41,046 nt of DNA from a virus (Duplodnaviria > Caudoviricetes): positions 1 to 41,046 of IMG/VR virus record IMGVR_UViG_3300032335_000942; one strand, written 5' to 3'. The position numbers and the translations under genes are program-made. The notes below the pieces were generated by a model, which saw nothing but the letters and a program-made list of their open reading frames with translations, was not told where the DNA came from and did no database searches. Below, piece by piece: positions 24,993 through 34,174 of this stretch; within the stretch, counting starts at the first letter, position 1, and each line of letters begins with the position of its first letter.

Positions 24993-25586
24993 GTGGCGAA
25001 GTACGAAGAACTCACCAGTTTGGCGGATGGGGTCGGGAGGCTTTCCAGCCTTTTCACGACGCAGATGCAGGACGGCGTGAGCGCCGTCACTGCGGACGAA
25101 CTCGTCGACGAGTTGATCGGCTTGCAGGAGATCGCAGATCAGGTCGAGGGGTTTCTGGACCGGGTCGCGAAATTGAAGGAGACGGTCGGACGGCTCACGA
25201 TCGACGCGTTCGTCGACAAGGGACAGAACTCGGTGACCCGGCGCGGGAAGACGGTCTACCTCGCCAACGAGTATTGGCCCGGTCCGTCGATCAAGGACCT
25301 CCTACCGGACGGCGTCAGCGATACCGATCCCGACTACGCAGCCACCGTCGCGAAGGTCCGCGAGGCAGCCAAGGACCGGCTGCTTCTGGCGCTCAAGGAC
25401 TCGGCGAACCTCTCGTACTTGGTGCAGGAGAACTACAACGCTGCCTCGCTCCGGTCGGCGCTCACTGGCAAGGACGCGGAGAAGGACGATGATGGCAAGC
25501 CCGTCCTACCCCCGGAACTCGACGGCATCGTGGAACTCAACCCCCAGACGAAGATCCGAATGCGGAAGGGGGGGAAGGGCTCATGA
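24993..25586 (+). CDS. Hypothetical protein of the phage replication module
   Basis: RBS AAAGGAA + GTG; N-terminal coiled coil; basic C-terminus. Confidence 0.6.
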   Translation: MAKYEELTSLADGVGRLSSLFTTQMQDGVSAVTADELVDELIGLQEIADQVEGFLDRVAKLKETVGRLTIDAFVDKGQNSVTRRGKTVYLANEYWPGPSIKDLLPDGVSDTDPDYAATVAKVREAAKDRLLLALKDSANLSYLVQENYNAASLRSALTGKDAEKDDDGKPVLPPELDGIVELNPQTKIRMRKGGKGS

Positions 25587-26194
25587 AGTACCTCGAAGTC
25601 CGAGACCGGGCGACGTTCATTCCAGTCGTCGCATTCTGCTCCTACGAAGTCGTCTTTGCTGCCGACTCGCAGTACGCGCTCTCCGAGCCCCAGCGATCGC
25701 GGATCGTCGAGTACGGGATCGCGAGAAACGGCTTCCGAGTCGCTCGCGGCGAGCATCCCGGCGACGATCAAGTGATCGTTGTGCGGCTCGACAACGTCGC
25801 GGCGACGGCGGATCCATACGACTGGACGAACGGCGCGAGAACGATTCGCGAGGCTCACAACTACATCGCGGCGAACTACCAAGAACTCCGCGACGGCGAT
25901 GTGATCGACGTCGAGTACATTCTGCAGGAGACAGCATCGAAGAAACGCTCGGAGGCTTTGGACGACTCCCCGGTTGGGAAAGCCCCCAAGACCTATCGCT
26001 ACGCTCCGCAGTACCGACCCCCGGGGTACGCGACGGTTCCAGATGGCTGGCGAACCGTCGAGCGCGGAACGGGGGGACACTTCCCGAGGCGGACGGACCT
26101 GCCCGAAGGAAAGACCGTCTTTGGCATCATTGAGTACGACCGGCAATTGACGCAGAAAGAGATCGACGATTACGAACTGACCGAGGTCATCTAG
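25583..26194 (+). CDS. Two-domain protein with C-terminal DarA_C (defence-against-restriction A C-terminal)-like domain
   Basis: C-term YRY....RPPGYATVPDG...FGIIEYDRQLTQKEIDDYEL resembles the DarA_C pattern as I recall it. Confidence 0.62.
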   Translation: MKYLEVRDRATFIPVVAFCSYEVVFAADSQYALSEPQRSRIVEYGIARNGFRVARGEHPGDDQVIVVRLDNVAATADPYDWTNGARTIREAHNYIAANYQELRDGDVIDVEYILQETASKKRSEALDDSPVGKAPKTYRYAPQYRPPGYATVPDGWRTVERGTGGHFPRRTDLPEGKTVFGIIEYDRQLTQKEIDDYELTEVI

Positions 26195-26265
26195 TCCCGA
26201 TCCAGTGGTATAGTCCAATCACCCCCGGACCGGCTCAGGGCTGGTCCACAGAGAAGGAACGAAAC

Positions 26266-27063
26266 ATGGCAAAGCAGGAAACAAAGGCTCTCGCGAAGGT
26301 CGACGCAAACACGTATGCAATCCAGCAATTCGACGAGGCGGAACTCCGCGAGACGGTCCAGATCAATCTCGGCGGCGAGAACGGAATCGGCGAGTTCGAT
26401 CTGGTCCGCGCGAAGGTCCCCTCCGGCGGCGGGATCGCTTGGAGCGTCAGCGGTCCCGACGGCGAGGCTGCTCCGACCGAACTTGTCGGGGTCATCGTCG
26501 CGAACCAAGCCCGGCGGTCTTTCTGGTACAAGGCGATCGGCGACGGCGAGAACACGCCCCCCGACTGTTGGTCCCCAGACGGCGTCACGGGGCTCGGCCC
26601 CGAGGCGGACAAGGTCGGCGGACACTGCGCTCGGTGTCCCAAGTCGCAGTTTGGCTCAGCAGTCAAGGACGGGAAGCCCCAGAAGGGACAGGCTTGCAGC
26701 CAGAAAAAGATGCTTTTCCTGCTCCCCTCCGACTCGATTCTTCCGATGTGCGTCTCGCTTCCCCCGACGTCGCTCGCGGCGTTTAAGCAGTACCTGATCG
26801 GGCTCATCGGCAAGCGCCTGCCAGTAACAGGAGTGGTGACGAGGATCACGCTCACCAAGGAGAAGAACGCGGGCGGGACTGCATACGCGGCTGCAAGGTT
26901 CGAGGCAATCAACACCCTCGACCCCGAGGCTACGAAGAAGTTCACCGAGTTCGGAAAGATGTTCGACAAGATGTTCCGGCCATCGATCCCCGGCGCTGAC
27001 CGCGCGATTGTGACCGTCGATGGCAAGATCGTGAACAAAGAGACGGGAGAAGTCCAAGAGTAA
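26266..27063 (+). CDS. Putative ssDNA-binding/annealing protein with Cys cluster
   Basis: PPDCWSPDG...CARCP..QFGS...GQAC...LPPTSL; acidic end ETGEVQE; located before the primase. Confidence 0.55.
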   Translation: MAKQETKALAKVDANTYAIQQFDEAELRETVQINLGGENGIGEFDLVRAKVPSGGGIAWSVSGPDGEAAPTELVGVIVANQARRSFWYKAIGDGENTPPDCWSPDGVTGLGPEADKVGGHCARCPKSQFGSAVKDGKPQKGQACSQKKMLFLLPSDSILPMCVSLPPTSLAAFKQYLIGLIGKRLPVTGVVTRITLTKEKNAGGTAYAAARFEAINTLDPEATKKFTEFGKMFDKMFRPSIPGADRAIVTVDGKIVNKETGEVQE

Positions 27064-27171
27064 TCGTTACGCGGCTGCGCTTGTTGCGCGGCTGTTCCTT
27101 CGCGCCCGCGACGATCGAGAGACCGTCGCGGACGCTTTTCTACCTCGCAAATTCTTCAAGGCGCGTAACGA

Positions 27172-29049
27172 ATGGACTCGAAGAACCATCTGGAACATCT
27201 GTTTGGCTATCTCCCCGAAGGCTACAAGTTCCTCGTCTGCACGAAGCGAGACTTCTCCGGGCGGTGGTTTGATGATATCGAGACCGGGACGGCGTTCGCA
27301 AACGACGAGGCGAAGAGTTCGGACGTCTACATCGGGGTCGGCGTTCGCAAAGAGGCTCCCCCGGCGGGACAACGCGGCTCGGCGGAAACCGTCGACGGGA
27401 TCGTCGGGCTTTGGATAGACATCGACGTCGGCGGCCCGGCGCACACCAAGAAGAATCTGCCCGGGTCGATCGAGGAGGCTCGCGGGCTGCTCGACGCGAT
27501 CTTCCCGTTTGCCCCCCCGTCGTTGGTCGTCTTCTCGGGACATGGGCTGCAGGGCTGGTGGCTGTTTTCCGAGCCTTGGATTTTCGATCGCGAAGGCGAG
27601 CGCGAGAAGGCGAAGAAGATCCTCGGGCGGTTCGGAGTGACGGCGAAGGCAGTCGCGCGGGTCCGCAGCCTCGTGGTGGATCCCGTCTTCGATCTGGCCC
27701 GGGTCTTCCGGCTGGCGGGGACTTGGAACCGGAAGACCGAACCACCGATCGCGACCCGGCTCGAAGTCCCCGGCGGAGTCCTCCGGCGGTACGACGTCGA
27801 AGACCTCGAAGGCTGCTTTGTCGCGGACGAAGTTGTCGAGCCTACTCCCGGTCGCGGGATCCCCGTCTCGCCCCTCATTCTTTCCGAGGACCGGCGTCCC
27901 CCCGAGGACGCGCTGCTGGCGCTGCTCACCAACCACGAGAAGGCGAAGGCATCGTGGGACCGGAAGCGAACCGACCTCGCCGATCAGTCCGGGTCCTCTT
28001 ACGACTTCTCCCTCGCGGTCATCGCGTCGAAGGTCGGATGGACGGACCAAGAGATCGCCGACCTGCTGGTGGCGAGACGGCGCAAGCACGGCGAGGAGAT
28101 GAAGACGACCAAGGGCGGTCTTCTTCGGCAGGACTACTACCAGCGAACGATCCTCGCGGCGAAGAAGGTCGTCGCGCAGGAGAAGGACACGGCGGCCTAC
28201 GACAATCCCGACGAGGCTCCGCTCGTCGCGGATGGCAAGCCCGTGGACGAGACGGCGCGGCCGAAGATCTTCGAAAAGGCTCGCGGGGTCTTTGGGCTGC
28301 CGATCGTCCGGTTCGTGCAGCACGGCGAGGCGGACGACGCGCGGTACTCGTTTGTGGTCGCGGACGGGAAGTCGATCGAACTGGGCTCGGCTCGCGACAT
28401 CGAAGACCAGAAGGCGATCCGAGGCAAGATCTACGCGGAGATCCGTCGCTTCCCCAAGTCGCTCAAAGGTCCGGCGTGGGCGCGGCTCTTTGAAGAACTC
28501 GGCGCGGTGTGCGAAGTGATCGACAACCCCGAGTCCGGTCGCATCGGGCGGTTTGCGTCACTGCTCTTTGAGTACCTCAGCGACAAGACGGGGGCGGTTT
28601 CATCGGCGCTGCGGAGCGAGGCTAACTGGCAAGGGGCGGTGCCATCGGGGGACCCGTTCGTTCGCGACGGGAACCTCTTCGTCTGCGTCACAAACATCGA
28701 GCAGTACACGAAGGCGGTCTACGCGCGGAAAACAGACGTCCTCGACCTGTGGTCGGTCCTCCCCGAATGGGGCTTCAAGTCGATCACGGTGAATATCCGG
28801 CTCGGGAACCGTAAGGTCGCTCGGCGGTATTGGTCGGCCCCGGTCGACGACCTTGCCGAGAAGCGCGGCTTTATCCTCCCGCTCGTTTACGGCTCAGGCG
28901 GCGGCGGGGGCGGCGGCTCCGGGGCGATCGAGGCTCCAGCCAGCGTTGACGCGCCCCCGAGCCCCGGACGCGTCTCAGCCAATCGTGGCGGACTTTCTGG
29001 CGAGACGCAGATCGACTTCCCGGGCGATGTGCCTTGGAGGACCGAATGA
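27172..29049 (+). CDS. DNA primase (AEP / RepB-type) with primase C-terminal domain and an uncharacterised C-terminal region
   Basis: LWIDID, VVFSGHGLQGWW, ARVFRLAGTWN; DQSGSSYDFSLA...YYQRTI. Confidence 0.8.
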   Translation: MDSKNHLEHLFGYLPEGYKFLVCTKRDFSGRWFDDIETGTAFANDEAKSSDVYIGVGVRKEAPPAGQRGSAETVDGIVGLWIDIDVGGPAHTKKNLPGSIEEARGLLDAIFPFAPPSLVVFSGHGLQGWWLFSEPWIFDREGEREKAKKILGRFGVTAKAVARVRSLVVDPVFDLARVFRLAGTWNRKTEPPIATRLEVPGGVLRRYDVEDLEGCFVADEVVEPTPGRGIPVSPLILSEDRRPPEDALLALLTNHEKAKASWDRKRTDLADQSGSSYDFSLAVIASKVGWTDQEIADLLVARRRKHGEEMKTTKGGLLRQDYYQRTILAAKKVVAQEKDTAAYDNPDEAPLVADGKPVDETARPKIFEKARGVFGLPIVRFVQHGEADDARYSFVVADGKSIELGSARDIEDQKAIRGKIYAEIRRFPKSLKGPAWARLFEELGAVCEVIDNPESGRIGRFASLLFEYLSDKTGAVSSALRSEANWQGAVPSGDPFVRDGNLFVCVTNIEQYTKAVYARKTDVLDLWSVLPEWGFKSITVNIRLGNRKVARRYWSAPVDDLAEKRGFILPLVYGSGGGGGGGSGAIEAPASVDAPPSPGRVSANRGGLSGETQIDFPGDVPWRTE

Positions 29050-29079
29050 GTACCAAACTTCCGGGGGCTGGCGGCTGGG

Positions 29080-29335
29080 TGGAAGCGCTGGAAGCGCGCG
29101 AAGGCGGCTTGGAAGCGCGCGAGCGCTTCCACGTAAGTCACGAGACGCAAAAGTACTTACGTCGCGAAAACGGGCTTGGAAGCGCGGAAGCGCTCGCGGG
29201 CGTGCGCTCGCGGGCGCGCACGCGAGAAACCGCGCTTCCGCGCTTCCAAACGCACTTAAACCGCTACACGATAAAGACTTACTTGGAAGCGCTACCCCCC
29301 AAATCGCGCGCTTCCGCGCGCTTCCAGCGCTTCCA
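29080..29335. repeat. Putative replication origin: 12 GGAAGCGC octamers in nested inverted repeats
   Basis: Forward at 29081, 29090, 29111, 29178, 29186, 29285; reverse at 29123, 29232, 29240, 29308, 29318, 29327. Confidence 0.7.
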
Positions 29336-29356
29336 GACGGTCGGGAGGTCGGATTT

Positions 29357-31156
29357 ATGATCGGGAACTATTCGGGTACATACGGGATCATTGGTCCTCC
29401 CGGGACGGGAAAGACGACGTTCCTCGCGGCTCAGGTCCGGCGGATCGTAGAGGCGGCGGGCGATATTCCACGTGGAACAACCCCCGTCCTCGTCTCGTCC
29501 CTGACCAAAACGGCGGCGGCGGAGATCGGCGGACGCGGGCTCCCGATCCCCGAGGGGTCCGTGGGAACGCTTCACTCCCATGCGTTCCGGGCGCTCGACA
29601 ACCCCGATATCGCGACTGGGGAGGTCATGGCGGACTGGAATCGCCGATGTCCGGAGTTCGAGATGTCCGATGGCGGCCCCTCGGCCAACGCAGCCAAGGA
29701 CGACCTCGACGGCGATGTCACCACCGAGGACGTTCCCGGCGAAGGACCGGGCGACGAGTACCGGGCGGTCTACGACCTCCTGCGGGCGCGGATGATCAAA
29801 CGCGAGGCTTGGGATACCGACCCCTCGTATCCCGTCCTTGGGCATGACACGATCAAGGTCGGGGACCTCTCGCGTTTCGTGGATGAGTACGAGGAATGGA
29901 AGACGTCGGCGAACGTCTTCGACTTCACCGACCTCATCGGCGGCGCTCACGGCGTCCCGCCCCCGCTCGACCCCGACGTCTTCGTCGTCGACGAAGTACA
30001 AGACCTCTCGGCGCTGGAGTGGTCACTCGTGCAAACGTGGTCCCAAGGCAAGACGCTCTTCGCGGTCGGCGATCCTTGGCAGTCGCTTTACGAATGGCGC
30101 GGGGCTCACCCCGCGCTCTTTGATTCGATCCCGGCGGAGAAGACGAGGACGCTTTCGCAGTCGTACCGGGTCCCGCGCAAGATCGTGGACACGGCGATGG
30201 CTTGGATGGACGGCCATTCAAACGTCAAGGCGAAGATCGCGTACGCGCCCCGGCTCGACGAGTCCGGTCGTCCCGCCGACGGGCGGATCGAATTCGAGTC
30301 TGCATGGACCCCGTCAAAATTCGGTTCGCTTCTCGATGAGGTCGAACTATCCCTCGCGGCGGGACGCTCGGCGATGATCTCGGCCACATGCTCGTACATG
30401 CTGGGGGGAGTGGTTTCGGAACTCCGCGAGCGAGGAATCCCGTTCGCGAACCCATGGCGAACCAAGCGCGGGGACTGGAACCCCATCGCGACCCGGGGCA
30501 ACTCGACGCTCTCGAAGTTCGCGGCGTTCCTCGCCCCGGCTGCCGAAAACCGCCTGTGGACTTGGAAGGAACTGGCTCTGTGGTCGTCGATGCTCAAGTC
30601 CCGGGGGACCTTCGCGAACGGTGGCAAGGCTTACTTCGAGGCGAAGGCGAAGGATCGCGGAGGCGACACGGTCGCGACGTCGATCGAGATCGCCCGGTTC
30701 CTGACAGACGATTCGCTCTTCCAGACGCTCGCGGCGATTCGCGGGCGGGGGGTAGGCAAAGAGACGGTCAAGATCGCTCGTCACTGGTTCGGTGAGAAAT
30801 GCGAGAAGTCGGTCGGCAAGGCGCTCGTCTACGCAGAGAAGATCCTCGCTCGCGGCTTTGATGTCAAGAAGGAAAAGCCCCGGGTCTTTGTCGGGACGGT
30901 TCACTCATTCAAAGGCGCTGAGGCGGACGATGTGTATATGTTCACCGAACTCTCGGGGCGGGCGGTTTCCTCGGTGAGGAATCCTGTACCGATGAAGGAC
31001 GCGGTTGGATCCATCGCGCGGACTTTCTACGTCGGGATGACGCGAGCCCGGCAACGACTGGTGGTGTGCGGATCATCGAACAAGATGGAAAAGTCAATCT
31101 TCCCTGTGTACTCGAAAATCAGCACGGCAGCAAAAACAGCAGGAGCATTCGGATGA
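29357..31156 (+). CDS. UvrD/Rep-like superfamily 1 helicase
   Basis: GPPGTGKTT, GTLHS, VDEVQDLS, GDPWQSLYEWRGA, LSQSYR, TVHSFKGAE, FYVGMTRAR; RBS GGAGG. Confidence 0.9.
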   Translation: MIGNYSGTYGIIGPPGTGKTTFLAAQVRRIVEAAGDIPRGTTPVLVSSLTKTAAAEIGGRGLPIPEGSVGTLHSHAFRALDNPDIATGEVMADWNRRCPEFEMSDGGPSANAAKDDLDGDVTTEDVPGEGPGDEYRAVYDLLRARMIKREAWDTDPSYPVLGHDTIKVGDLSRFVDEYEEWKTSANVFDFTDLIGGAHGVPPPLDPDVFVVDEVQDLSALEWSLVQTWSQGKTLFAVGDPWQSLYEWRGAHPALFDSIPAEKTRTLSQSYRVPRKIVDTAMAWMDGHSNVKAKIAYAPRLDESGRPADGRIEFESAWTPSKFGSLLDEVELSLAAGRSAMISATCSYMLGGVVSELRERGIPFANPWRTKRGDWNPIATRGNSTLSKFAAFLAPAAENRLWTWKELALWSSMLKSRGTFANGGKAYFEAKAKDRGGDTVATSIEIARFLTDDSLFQTLAAIRGRGVGKETVKIARHWFGEKCEKSVGKALVYAEKILARGFDVKKEKPRVFVGTVHSFKGAEADDVYMFTELSGRAVSSVRNPVPMKDAVGSIARTFYVGMTRARQRLVVCGSSNKMEKSIFPVYSKISTAAKTAGAFG

Positions 31157-31530
31157 GAAAGAAGTCCCCGAAAGAATCGACGATCGTCCGTTCCATCCTC
31201 GACGAACTCCGTACTCGCGGGCGGGACGTCTGGTTCCGAAAGAATCACGGTGGACCGTTTGGGGCGGCGGGCGTTCCCGATATCGAGGTTGTGTTTCGTC
31301 CTGTGTTTCGTCCTGCCAATACTCCCGCGAACGAACTCGGCTCTTGGAACGGTCCTGCGATCGTCGTGTTCCTCGAAGTGAAGAAGCCCGGCGAGAAACC
31401 GACCAAGATTCAAGAGCAGACGATTTTCATGCTCAAACAGGCTGGCGCATACGCGTGCATCGTCTTCTCGAAGCCCGAGGCGATCAAATACCTCGAATTG
31501 CTCGGATTGCCACCGAAGAAAAAGGAGTAA
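31153..31530 (+). CDS. VRR-NUC (PD-(D/E)XK) nuclease / resolvase
   Basis: ES.I...KNHGG....AGVPDI...FLEVKKPG.KPT..Q. Confidence 0.85.
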   Translation: MRKKSPKESTIVRSILDELRTRGRDVWFRKNHGGPFGAAGVPDIEVVFRPVFRPANTPANELGSWNGPAIVVFLEVKKPGEKPTKIQEQTIFMLKQAGAYACIVFSKPEAIKYLELLGLPPKKKE

Positions 31531-31535
31531 AGCAA

Positions 31536-31943
31536 ATGGCACAGGCGCGGCATCGGGGCGAATATCCCAAGAACTGGAAGGCGATCGCGACGGCGATCAA
31601 AGACGAGGCTCGGTGGTGTTGCGAGCGATGCGGCGAGCCTCATGACCCGGCGAACGGGCGGTGTCTCACGGTCCATCACTTCGACGGCGATAAATGCAAC
31701 TGCGATCGCGGGAACCTCATGCCTCTTTGTCAGGCTTGCCATCTCTCGGTGCAAGCCCGGGTCGATCCAGAAACCCCGCTCCTCTTCGTCCCGTCAACGT
31801 GGGCACTTCCCTACGTCGCGGCGTTCTACGAATCCGGGCGAGGCATCCCCGGTCCCGTCTACGATAATGACGACTGGAAGGCGAAGTACGAATCCGAATC
31901 GAAGAGGTCTTGGCCCGTATGGGCAGAACGGAAAACGAAGTGA
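31536..31943 (+). CDS. HNH endonuclease
   Basis: YPKNW...CERCG...LTVHHFDGDK.N....NL..LCQACH. Confidence 0.82.
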   Translation: MAQARHRGEYPKNWKAIATAIKDEARWCCERCGEPHDPANGRCLTVHHFDGDKCNCDRGNLMPLCQACHLSVQARVDPETPLLFVPSTWALPYVAAFYESGRGIPGPVYDNDDWKAKYESESKRSWPVWAERKTK

Positions 31944-33202
31944 ACGACATCTCCAAGAACATCGTCGAGGAAACCCTCGGGGTAACGGGCGAACCCGATC
32001 TCTCCAGCATCGTCGAAGGACTGCGGTCGCTCGCAGTGCCGATCTCCAGTCTTCGGCCCGATCCTCGCAACGCGCGCAAGCACGGTAAGGCGAACATGAC
32101 GGCGATCGAGGAGTCCCTGAAAAAGTTCGGCCAGCAGAAGCCCATTGTGGTATCCGCAGACGGGACGATCCTCGCGGGGAACGGAACCGTCGAGGCAGCG
32201 AAGAAGATCGGCTGGACGCATGTCGCGGCAGTTCGCTCGAACCTCTCCGGCTCGGACGCGACGGGCTTTGCGATCGCGGACAACCGGACGGCGGAACTGG
32301 CGGAATGGGACAAGTTAGAACTCGCGACACTTCTCTCCGAGATGCCCAAGGAGTGCGCGATCGGCTTCACTGCTCGCGAGATGAGTCAGATTCTCGACTC
32401 ACTTGGCGGCGGAGAAGACGACGAGGTCCCCGAAGCGCCAGCAACCCCGAAGGTCAAAGTCGGCGACTTGTGGATCTTGGGCGAGCATCGATTGCTGTGC
32501 GGCGACTCCCGCATCGACAAAGATGTCGACCGGCTCTTCGGCGATCGCATGGCGGACATGCTGCTCACCGATCCTCCGTACGGCGTCTCGTACGTCGGCA
32601 AAACCGCAGACGCGATGGTCATTCAAAACGACGCGCTCAGCGAAGACGACCTCGCCGTGATGATGGACCTCATTTTCGGCAACGCGCAGCGCAAGAGCAG
32701 GGCTGGTGCGTATTGGTACGCAAGCGTCCCGGCGCGAAACATCATGATCGTGTTCCTGCAGGACTGGAAGAAGCGATCGATTCTCCGGCAAACACTCTGC
32801 TGGGTCAAAGACAGCATCGTCCTCGGCAGGTCGGAGTACCACTACCAACACGAGCCCATCCTGTTTGGATGGGTCCCCGGCGATCGGCACAAGAACCCCG
32901 ATCGGACCCGGTCCTCTGTGTGGGCGTTTGACCGGCCAAAGCGATCAAAAGAACATCCGACGATGAAGCCCATCGCGCTATGGGAGAACGCGATCAAGGA
33001 CGGCTCGATAGCGGGCGAGATCGTCTACGACCCATGCTGCGGATCCGGCACGACACTCATTGCCAGCGAAAACCTCGGTCGCAAATGCTTCTGCATCGAG
33101 ATCGATCCGAAGTACGCGGAAGTGATTGTGGTTCGATGGCAGAACGCGACTGGCAAGAAGGCGGTTCGCGAGGACGGCGTTTGTTTTGACGATCTGGCCT
33201 AG
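31940..33202 (+). CDS. ParB-N domain fused to beta-class N6A/N4C DNA methyltransferase
   Basis: PDPRNARKH...FGQQKPIVV...LAGNG...IADNR; HRLLCGDS, TDPPYGV, HPTMKP, DPCCGSGTT. Confidence 0.9.
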   Translation: MNDISKNIVEETLGVTGEPDLSSIVEGLRSLAVPISSLRPDPRNARKHGKANMTAIEESLKKFGQQKPIVVSADGTILAGNGTVEAAKKIGWTHVAAVRSNLSGSDATGFAIADNRTAELAEWDKLELATLLSEMPKECAIGFTAREMSQILDSLGGGEDDEVPEAPATPKVKVGDLWILGEHRLLCGDSRIDKDVDRLFGDRMADMLLTDPPYGVSYVGKTADAMVIQNDALSEDDLAVMMDLIFGNAQRKSRAGAYWYASVPARNIMIVFLQDWKKRSILRQTLCWVKDSIVLGRSEYHYQHEPILFGWVPGDRHKNPDRTRSSVWAFDRPKRSKEHPTMKPIALWENAIKDGSIAGEIVYDPCCGSGTTLIASENLGRKCFCIEIDPKYAEVIVVRWQNATGKKAVREDGVCFDDLA

Positions 33203-33261
33203 CATTATTCGACCGGGGTGTCCCGGCAACGATTCATCACGCTCGAACCGGAGATCTCACG

Positions 33262-33609
33262 ATGGCAATTCTCACTCCCGTCACTCCCGCACTTACTGGC
33301 GCAACGATGACCCCCGTCGCGGCGGCGGGCGGCGGAGATCAATTTGCGAACCCCCGAGGCAACGCGTTCTTGTACGTCAAGAACGCTTCGGGCGGTGCGT
33401 TGACCGTCACCCTCACGGCTCAAACAACGGCTCGTCCCGCCGACGGTCCGTTTCCCGCACAGACACTGGCAAACAACGCGGTATCAGTCCCGGCATCGGG
33501 CGAACGACTCATCGGCCCCATCCCCTCAGCCTTTAACGACGGGAACGGGAACGTGCAGGTCACTTACTCGGGCGTTACCTCGTTGACAGTCCTCCCCGTC
33601 CAACCGTGA
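33262..33609 (+). CDS. Hypothetical beta-rich protein, possibly a virion decoration
   Basis: RBS GGAGA; GDQFAN....FLYVKN...TVT...VSVPA.GERLIGP...F...V.VTYS. Confidence 0.55.
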   Translation: MAILTPVTPALTGATMTPVAAAGGGDQFANPRGNAFLYVKNASGGALTVTLTAQTTARPADGPFPAQTLANNAVSVPASGERLIGPIPSAFNDGNGNVQVTYSGVTSLTVLPVQP

Positions 33610-33612
33610 TCA

Positions 33613-34050
33613 ATGCCTACTGCACCCAAGAAACCCTGTTCGTTTCCGGGATGCGGTCGGCTCGTGGCTTCCGGCTCGCGGTGCGACGATCACCGACCCG
33701 AGGCGAAGGCGTTCTCCGACCGGACGGGCTCGGCGTCCTCTCGTGGGTACGGCGCTCGGTGGCGACGGCTGAGGCTGCTCGTTCTGCATCGCTCCCCCGT
33801 CTGCGAATGCGGGCGGCCAGCCAACGAAGTCGATCACATCTTGCCCAAAAGCCTCGGTGGAGGCGACGAGTTCGCTAACCTCCGTGGGATCTGCTCGGCA
33901 TGCCACCGATCCAAGTCGGGGCGTGAAGGGGCAACAGCGGCAAACGCAGCGAAGGCTGCCAAGGTCCCGAACACCCCCCGACATCCGGGGTCCCCCCCGG
34001 GGGTAGGGGGGGGTCTGATCTCTGGAGCCTTTTCGCAGGGACCGACGTAG
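33613..34050 (+). CDS. Terminase-associated HNH endonuclease (HK97 gp74-like)
   Basis: PC..PGC, RGYGARW, CECG...VDHI.P...GG.D...NL..ICSACH; directly upstream of the small terminase. Confidence 0.88.
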   Translation: MPTAPKKPCSFPGCGRLVASGSRCDDHRPEAKAFSDRTGSASSRGYGARWRRLRLLVLHRSPVCECGRPANEVDHILPKSLGGGDEFANLRGICSACHRSKSGREGATAANAAKAAKVPNTPRHPGSPPGVGGGLISGAFSQGPT

Positions 34051-34100
34051 GTACCCTACACAAACGCGGGCGCGGGTTTCTCGGGGGTAAGGGGCAAGGC
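33985..34100. other. Probable cos / packaging-initiation region
   Basis: G/C homopolymer runs at the HNH-terS junction, the usual cos position in HK97-like phages; cut site not determined. Confidence 0.4.
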
Positions 34101-34174
34101 AGTTCACGGGGCGGCAAGTGGGGCTTTGTGGGGGCTTGTGGGGTAGTGGCGGCGGGGTCGAAGGTAGGTCAACC

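Noticed and set aside
28853-29356. N-terminal extension of the UvrD ORF
   Set aside because: It runs through the primase end and the repeat array. The RBS and Walker A position support ATG 29357.
31291-31314. 12-bp duplication GTGTTTCGTCCT x2 in VRR-NUC (also DPE x2 near 21239)
   Set aside because: Short in-frame slippage in loop regions with no sign of function.
31940-32340. ParB domain as evidence of a plasmid-prophage partition system
   Set aside because: It is the common ParB-N/MTase fusion found beside terminase genes. No ParA or parS array was seen.
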